DNA of 62,808 nucleotides, counting the filler. It is 9 parts of 9 records of this genome, joined end to end, with 100 filler letters (N's around TTAATTAATTAA, not from the genome) between each part and the next. Parts side by side here need not be neighbours in the genome. Positions count along the whole stretch, not along the records: positions 53,266 to 56,725 come from SRR7504441_2152; positions 56,826 to 62,808 come from SRR7504441_2154; 7 more parts are not named here. The stretch is one strand, 5' to 3'. Numbering within the stretch: position 1 is the stretch's first letter; each line of letters begins with the position of its first letter. The notes below the pieces were generated by a model. The model ran no database searches. It was not told the DNA's origin and saw only the letters and a list, made by a program, of their open reading frames with translations. Positions 56,682 to 62,808 of the stretch are shown here, piece by piece. Both the position numbers and the translations under genes were made by a program.

Positions 56682-56725
56682 CTCAGGCTCTGCTACGCGC
56701 CGTCAGCCCTGCTGCAGAGCCTGGG

Positions 56726-56825
56726 NNNNNNNNNNNNNNNNNNNNNNNNNNNNNNNNNNNNNNNNNNNNTTAATTAATTAANNNNNNNNNNNNNNNNNNN
56801 NNNNNNNNNNNNNNNNNNNNNNNNN
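56726..56825. other. Artificial contig-joining spacer
   Basis: N44-TTAATTAATTAA-N44. Confidence 0.98.
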
Positions 56826-57473
56826 CCCACTCGACTTTAATAAATGTAATCACACCTGACGGGTTTGTGGTGCGGGGCGGTGGCATTCCGGCATTCAGTT
56901 GAAGAAAATGCGGCCTCCGCTTGATTAGGAGGATAGCGTAAACCGACCGACCTACCGACCCTCTAGATAATCGCAAGGTTTACCGACCGACCTTGCCTCC
57001 TAGATCCCGACCCGCCCTAGCTCCGAGCTACTCACTCTTCAGGACCACAACATCCGCAAAGGAGTTACATGTAATGGCTATTGATGGCTCAGTCAATGGA
57101 TGAGTGGGCCAAGTGCTGGGTGTCAGCACTCTCCCGGGTACGAGTAGCTCTAGCTCTAAAAGACGCATACTTGTACTATTATGTACCAGATAGTGGATGC
57201 CCGAGCGTGAATGAAGGGTGCATAGAAATCGTGATCACTACTCTAAAGTTTTATCAGATTCGATGCGCTAGGGCGATTCCATATCGGTCCCGTCTTGGCA
57301 GCACGACAGATGAATTACAGTACAAGTCTTGATGCGTACCGTACAGTACATGGGTTGATCGGTACTTACAGCACAGTATCAAGACTTGTACTGCGCTCAA
57401 GACTCGATGATCAATTCTTGAGAGACAGATGAATCACAGTACAATACAAGTAAAGCGGTGGATTGGTGCGAGC

Positions 57474-59006
57474 TCACTTGCTCAGGTAGAGGTAGACGAC
57501 CACGCAGATGATGATGATGATGAGCGAGACGGTGAAGCAGAAGATCATGTACCATTTCCACTTGAGCCACCACGCGATGTCCTTGACTGCCCGCGCCTTC
57601 TTCTTGAGCACCTTGGCACTCTCCGCCAGCTGCTTGGCCCCCTTCACATTCCGAACAATCTGCCCGCCGGCTCGCCCGGGCCCCGAGCCGTTGCACCTTG
57701 ATCCGGCGCTCTGAGATCGTCTGCATGTTCCGTTTGATTTGTTCCTTGATTCGAGTCATGTTGGCATCAATCTTCTTCTCCTGCTCAATCAGCAGCGTGT
57801 TCTTCTTATTATGTTTCTGCCCTGCGCTCAGCCGCCGCGGTTGCCTCGGGCGCGCACCTTTATCATCTCCTCTACGTGCTTTTCATAACCAAGTTTCTTG
57901 TTGGCTGAGCAGCACTCTGAGCTCAGCAGGTTTAGCCCGTTCCCCTTGCGGCCGTCGGTCAGGAACTGCTGGGCCCTGCGCCCGGCTCGGCCAGGCCCCG
58001 GGGTGCGAGTCACAGGTCTTTGAGCGGCCCGTTGCTGTTGATGTCCCGCTCGAAATCCATTATGATAGAGGCCGGTGTCCACAGCCCGGCTATCGAGAAG
58101 AAGATCAGGTTCCAGTCCGGGAAGTGGCTGGCAGACGGTCAGACCGGCCCCGGCCGCCGGGCACGTGATCACGCAGCGGATGTTTTGGTCTGCTAGTTCA
58201 AAGTTGATGCTCTTGTTCTGGAGAAGGTTGAGCCACATCTGCCCCGCGCTCGCCCCCGGCCCCCACCCCGGCCGGACCTCGCGCGGCTTCCCTGGGTTCT
58301 CTTCATCCGCGCCGAACAGGTACGACTCTAGGATGGCCTGGGCCAGCTCGCCCGCCCCGTCGTCGTCCTTGCCGCCGCCGGCGATCACCTGACACCGCGG
58401 GTCACAGCGCGAGAGCGAGCAGGCTGCCTTGGATTCGATCGAGAACTCGCCGGTGTGGTTTGTCTCGATGTGCCCGTCCCCGTCCCTGTCCCACGCGAAG
58501 ATCGTCCCCAGCCACAGGATCCCCTGTCCGCCGTCGGCCCCACAACCCGGCCACTCCGCCACCGACTCCTGGGCGATCTGCTCCTCGGTGCGGTTGTCTT
58601 CGGCCAGGAGCCCAGTGGTCTCGGAGGCCGGGTTGTCCTCCGTCGAGGCGGCGCCATAGTCGGGCCGTTTTTTGGTCTTGCCGGTAGGCTTGGCGTTGAA
58701 CGCCTGACTCATCTCCTTCATCTTCTCCCAACCGTTGTTGTCCTTGGCCTGCAGCGTGTGCTGGATGCCCTCGTATAGCACCACCAACGCCCCGTGGTCC
58801 CCCGACCCTTGCGCCACCCGCACCTGAGGCACGTCCTTGACCTCCGGCTCGCCCGCCAGCCGCTGGCCGTTTGAGTCGATCCGGTGGATGGTCAGCTTGC
58901 CGTCTTTGCCCGACTCGGTCCCGGTGAGCTCGATCTCCAACAAGTCCCATATGTCGTTGCAGCAGTACGTCTTGCCCCCGGTCTTGAGCTCGACTTGGAT
59001 AGGCAT
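57474..59006 (-). CDS. R-SNARE (synaptobrevin/VAMP7-like) with long N-terminal extension
   Basis: Spliced C-terminus IDANMTRIKEQIKRNMQTISERRIK|IVRNVKGAKQLAESAKVLKKKARAVKDIAWWLKWKWYMI + TM helix; zero-layer Arg present. Confidence 0.8.
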
Positions 59007-59342
59007 CCTCCCTCCTCCGCCGCTCTAAGCGCTCATCTCACAGCCGGTGCCGATTCCTGGTGTTTTTTGCCCACCTCGACTCTTTGTGAGCTTTTCTTTG
59101 GGTCAGGTCCCACTTTCTTGTCGATGCTGCTGAGCGGCCGATGCCGCGAGGCCGACCACCGCCACACGGCATGCCGGGGGCACCCGTGATGACAACATGA
59201 TGACTGCAGCGGTTGCATTCGTCCCACATCATCCCACCATCACCAAGCGCACCACCACGCACCACCAAGCTGCCAAGGTGCGATGTGTGAGCAGCAGCAC
59301 GAATTCCGTTGATACTCGGCTCCGGACCACGGGACCAGAGAG

Positions 59343-60706
59343 ATGGCTGAACCGGCCGACGGCTCAGGGCAGATTGTGGACTCGGCCCGGCTGGCTGTAG
59401 GGGAGCCGGTGATGGCGTTCTCTGAGACGGCCGGCTCCAAGGACGGCTGGTACAAGGGGGCGATCGCGGAGCTCGGGCAGGGCGACAAGCGGCTCTGGGT
59501 TAGCGTGGGGTACGACCAGGCGATCCCTGGGGTGGAGCCAGAGTGGCGGCATGCGGTCCGGCACAAGGTGGTGTACAAGCACTCGGCCATGTGGGCCAAG
59601 CTCAAGGGCTACCCGCCCTGGCCGGCCTTGTGCTACCGGCTGTGCGTCACCAACCCGAGCGAACCGGCCAAGCACATGGCCCACTTCCTCGGAGACGATA
59701 CCCACCAGTGGCTGGCCGCCAGCGCGTTCCAGCCGTTCGACGAGGCTCAGTTCCAGAAGAACTGCAGCCGGAAGAGCAAGGACGGCAGCCTGCGCAACGG
59801 GATCGTGGCCGCCATCCGGGAGGTTCAGCAGAGCGGCGGCCAGCTCGGTCAGCGCATGCTCGCCTTCCTGGAGCAGCAGGCCCCGGCCGCCGACAAGGCG
59901 ATCGAGCGGCAGATGGAAGCGGCCAAGCGCAAGCTCGAGGCGGCTGCGCGGGCGGCCGAGCGGGCGACGGGCGGGGGTGACGGCCAGCCGGTGGGGACTG
60001 GCCGGTCGGATCCGAAGGCGTGGTACGCGGCGCTGACGGGGTATGACGGAGAGGAAGTGGTGTGCAAGGAGACGGTCGGGGTGCTGGTGGCCAAGGACGG
60101 CGACGCCAGCGTTCGGTGTCTGGTGGACGGTGCGGGCAGCCTTGGCGCTCGGCCGACCTGCTCGCAGGGCTCGAGGTGCTCATGACTCTGGGGGCCTTCG
60201 AGAAGCACGCCGGTGCGCGGGCGGCGGCGCCCGGGCTGACGGGCGGCGGTAGGCTCGAACGCCCGGCAGACCAAGGGCTCCATCCGGTTCAGACAATGTG
60301 GCACGACGCTCGGCAAGGTGCTTCCGCTGTCCTGCAAGGTGGTGCCGACGGCTGGCAGGCGGCCGAGGCGGTGTACGGCGGAGAGCTCCCGGTGATTAAG
60401 CGGCAGCGGACCGAGGGCAGTCCCCGCCCGCGGCCAGCACGGCCGGCAATTCCGCCGCCTGCGAGCGAGTCCATGCAATCTGTGAGTTCCTGGCTTGAGG
60501 TGCGCGCGAGCCGGAGCCGCTGACAGGCCGGGCAGGCCCGGGGGCTGGGCCACTTCACGCCGTCGCTGCAGGCGGTGGGGTACGATAAGCTCTGCTTCCT
60601 GCGCGAGGCCTGCTCGGCCGGGTGGCTGGTGCCGAATGACTTTGCCGGGTTCGCTTCGGTGCCGGACCAACACCGGCTGATAGATTGCTTCAAGGAAGCC
60701 GAATGA
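59343..60706 (+). CDS. Chromatin protein: Tudor-like + PWWP + SAND-like + SAM-like domains
   Basis: DGWYKGAI; MWAKLKGYPPWPA..HFLGD..HQWL; spliced LMTLGAFEKHAG..KGSIRF; SVSSWLE|ARGLGHFTPSLQAVGYDKL. Confidence 0.75.
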
Positions 60707-60854
60707 GACCCAGCTTAGCCCGTGAGTGCGTACACCGTAAATAGACGCGGCGGGGGATGGACGCACCGTAGAGAATATACGTTTAGATAACTGATTAGAA
60801 GTAAATGACACTGTTGTACCGTATAAATATCGTCAACTCGACAGATAGGATTGG

Positions 60855-61286
60855 CTAGCTGAACCAGCCGCCGCCGCCCAGCCCGGCCTTGTTGAGCGCG
60901 TGCTCCACCCCGGCCCGGCGCATGTACTTCTTCTTGGAGCCGTCGTCGCAGCACTGGTCGCCGGGCGGCACCCTCACCCCTTGGACCATCTCGAAAGCCT
61001 TGACCTGCTCCATGCTCCAGCTGCCCCCGGCTCGCCCGCAGCACCCGCCCGGCCGCACCGTATCAGCGTGTCGTAGTCGTACTGCCGTTTCTCGGCGTCC
61101 GGCAGCTTGGTGTGCTGCGGCGGGTCAGCTGGGAGGTATCGGGCTACCGAGCACCTTGAGCTTGTAGACCAGCACCTGCACCCGGGTCTCGAAGGCCGTC
61201 CGCTTCTCCGAGTCCGTGGCCGTGTGCTTGGTCAGGCTCGACGACAGCCCCGACCGCGGCAGCCCAACGGACGCACCGCAGCCCAT
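60855..61286 (-). CDS. Small putatively myristoylated/palmitoylated protein (MGCGAS start)
   Basis: MGCGAS N-terminus; short GT-AG introns join the ORF fragments. Confidence 0.5.
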
Positions 61287-61328
61287 ATATAGCTCCGCCA
61301 GGGTGCCGCCGCCAAAAGTTGAAGGCAA

Positions 61329-61990
61329 ATGCCGGAGGAGTGGCCGCGCTGGCTGGCCTTCCGGGGCTGGCTTGTGGGCGGGTACCTGCAGCTGCACGAC
61401 TGGGCGGGGCCCCGGCTGCCCAGCCTGGCGGTGGCCGGGTTTGGCGGCTTCGGGCTGCTCTGGCTGCTGCTGGTGCTAAGCGACTGGACCTTCGCCCCGG
61501 GGCTGGTCACCGGCCGATCGGCCCGGCTGAGCGGGCGCAGGTGCATGGGCTGTGCACCGGGCGGTGGCCGGGGGCCCGGGGCCGGGCCGAGCGGGCGCTG
61601 GAGTCTGCTGTGGGCTGCCACCTCCTGCTGGCGGGCGGGGCGGCGCTGGCGGGCTGCATGTGGCCCACCCCGGGCGCCGAGGCGCTCGGGATGAGCTACC
61701 ACTGTCTCGGGGCCTGGAGCGTGATCTCGCGCACTCTAGGTGCCCGCGGGCTGCGGCTGGCGGGAGCCGGGGCAGGCGAAGGGGTCAAGATGACCATGCT
61801 GGACCGGCGGCGACTGCTGGTGCACGCGGTGCTGCTCGGACTGTTCACCGTGCTCACCGCCGGGAACATCGGCCGGGCGGTGGCCCCGGCGGCCAACTGG
61901 TGCGCCCAGGACCCGGGCTGCCAGGCCCGGCCGCTGCAAACGCTGCAGAGATATCTGGAGGCCAAGCTGGAGGGCTCAAAGGAGTTGTGA
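61329..61990 (+). CDS. Hypothetical multi-pass membrane protein
   Basis: Several hydrophobic segments linked through short introns; ends ...LEGSKEL*. Confidence 0.5.
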
Positions 61991-62133
61991 GGCCGCTGGC
62001 TAGATCTTGGCTGGTCATCTTACATGATATACTGGTTTGATTAGTTTAATAGTGATTAGTTCCAGCGTTTGCCTCGCATTCAGATCACCGTTACTTTGAT
62101 TATTTAGTTATCGAAGCAGCGCTCGTCAGTCCG

Positions 62134-62808
62134 TCAGACCAGCACCACCTCGGGACTCTTCTCCTGCTGGCCGGGCGGGGCCTTGGGCGGGGGCGGCTGG
62201 CTCGCGTTGGGCGACCTGAACCACTGCTCGCTACACTACCATACTATACTACAATACTATCTACTGCTGTAGCCGGTGACCTGGACGATCGAGGGCTGGT
62301 GAAACACTGCTCGTTGGTCCTGACCGCGATGTGGCTGTAAACCGAATCGCCCGGGCAGCCCTCATCCTCCGCCAGCCGCTCGTCCACGCTCTGCGGCAGC
62401 CGCTCCTGGCCCGGCTCCCGCCGCCCCGGCCCGGGCGCACCGCCAGCCCCTGCAGCTCGGTTAGCCAGCTGGTATACTCATCCTCCCTGCCCCGCCCTCG
62501 CCCGGGCCGCTCACGCCCCGGTGCCTCTCCGTCGCAAACACCAGCGTCCGGTGCTCCCGATGCCCCACCGCGAACGCGGCTCCGTGCTCGCCGTCCGAGC
62601 GGGAAGGGAGCGGGAAGGCCGCCCCGCCTGCCAGCGGGACCAAGTCGCTGCACTCCTCGTCCTGGCCCCGGACTGGCGGCTGGCTGGCCCGCGGCCCACC
62701 GTCTGGTCGTCGAAGTAGTACACAAACCCGTCGGTGGTGAGCACCACCCAGCGGGACCTGTGGCCCACACTCGACCCGCCCAGCCCGGGGCGCACTGCCA
62801 GAAGCCGA
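62134..62808 (-). CDS. PH-domain protein (5' part outside window)
   Basis: RSRWVVLTTDGFVYYFDD...AFAV..RTLVFA..EDEYTSWLTELQ; 3' end approximate. Confidence 0.6.

Noticed and set aside
14114-56825. TTAATTAATTAA palindrome recurring eight times
   Set aside because: Always centred in exactly 44+44 N; a synthetic six-frame-stop linker, not a biological repeat or CRISPR array.

Overview
Eukaryotic nuclear DNA from a GC-rich, gene-dense, flagellated protist (lineage not identifiable from the sequence alone). The window is nine contigs joined by eight artificial 100-nt spacers (44 N + TTAATTAATTAA + 44 N), so adjacency across gaps is not biological. About 40 genes can be reconstructed by hand. Recognisable ones include GPAA1, WDR90, CFAP144/FAM183, RTF1, NCAPH, PCNA, EIF3H, THOC1, LCMT1, a WEE1-like kinase, CEP41, a VAMP-type R-SNARE, an M28 carboxypeptidase, a P450 and several secreted CAZymes. 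Genes are mostly in tight head-to-head pairs and are split by short introns (mostly 35-48 nt, GT-AG plus some GC-AG, G-rich rather than pyrimidine-rich 3' ends), so the ORF track fragments them. Most notable: (1) a tandem-KH + Zucchini/PLD6-type nuclease fusion with an intact HKD motif; (2) a SETD3/LSMT-type methyltransferase with a signal peptide and C-terminal QDEL, predicted ER-lumenal; (3) an intronic box C/D snoRNA in EIF3H resembling SNORD81; (4) a GNAT-ECHDC3 fusion with a PTS2-like signal; (5) a 108-bp MITE with 21-bp TIRs and a CTCAG target duplication. Family assignments come from motif recognition, not database searches.
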